Shown piece after piece: positions 63,546 to 64,000 of a DNA stretch of 64,000 nt. This stretch comes from Octopus vulgaris (Eukaryota), in the NCBI GenBank assembly GCA_951406725.2, contig OX597820.1:23746001-23810000 (forward strand). Reading direction: 5' to 3'. The notes below the pieces were generated by a model that saw nothing but the letters and a program-made list of their open reading frames with translations, had not been told where the DNA came from and searched no databases. A program made the translations under genes and the position numbers. Positions within the stretch are counted from its first letter, which is position 1. Each line of letters opens with the position of its first letter.

Positions 63546-64000
63546 ATGAAACCCTTCTGTAGATGAAGGCTAATTCAGTCCTCACAACCCTGTTCAGGTT
63601 AAGGAGTGAAATGCTTGTGATCCTGAGGTACCTGTTTAAGATACAGACTTGTTTCCAACAATGTGGTAACTTTATTCACCATCAAAAGAAAGCTCACATC
63701 ATCTTGAAATAACTCCTGCAGTTTCTACTTGGGATAAAGCAGCAGCAGTAGCAATACCACACACACACACAAATATGCCTTTTTTGAGATGTATCTGCAG
63801 TAAGTATGATATACAGATAGCTATTTTAATCTTTTAATATAATACTATTTCTGTTGCATATAATGGATACACACACACATCATACACCTATTATACATAA
63901 ATATCACATATTATATACATACTATGTATATGTATGTGTATATGTGTATATTATAAATATAATGTATATATATATGTAATGTATAAATGATGTATAAATG

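Overview
AT-rich, repeat-dense eukaryotic genomic DNA. It is most likely an octopus (coleoid cephalopod), inferred from the tRNA-derived SINE families, abundant (TA)n/(CA)n tracts and clustered single-coding-exon C2H2 genes. The window holds three same-strand paralogous tandem C2H2 zinc-finger genes about 20 kb apart: 7491-9260 (18 intact fingers), 29686-31491 (16-17 fingers) and 48223-49167 (10 fingers, split by an in-frame TGA). They lie among SINEs, Helitrons, piggyBac-, Tc1/mariner- and pogo-type MITEs, and decayed Gypsy, RTE, HERO-like and possibly Penelope-like retroelements. The most notable non-obvious signals are: (i) a homologous 5' leader in all three paralogs with an exactly 12-codon uORF; (ii) a shared ~35-aa N-terminal motif that I do not recognise as KRAB/SCAN/ZAD/BTB; (iii) a conserved five-finger recognition block, fossil fingers and homologous distal 3' sequence in genes 1 and 2; (iv) a single CGA>TGA stop plus an AG>CG acceptor change in gene 3; (v) a SINE sub-unit that appears to insert into its own family and form tandem multimers; (vi) a 64-bp-arm palindrome. 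Almost all other ORFs in the track are microsatellite or repeat artefacts.
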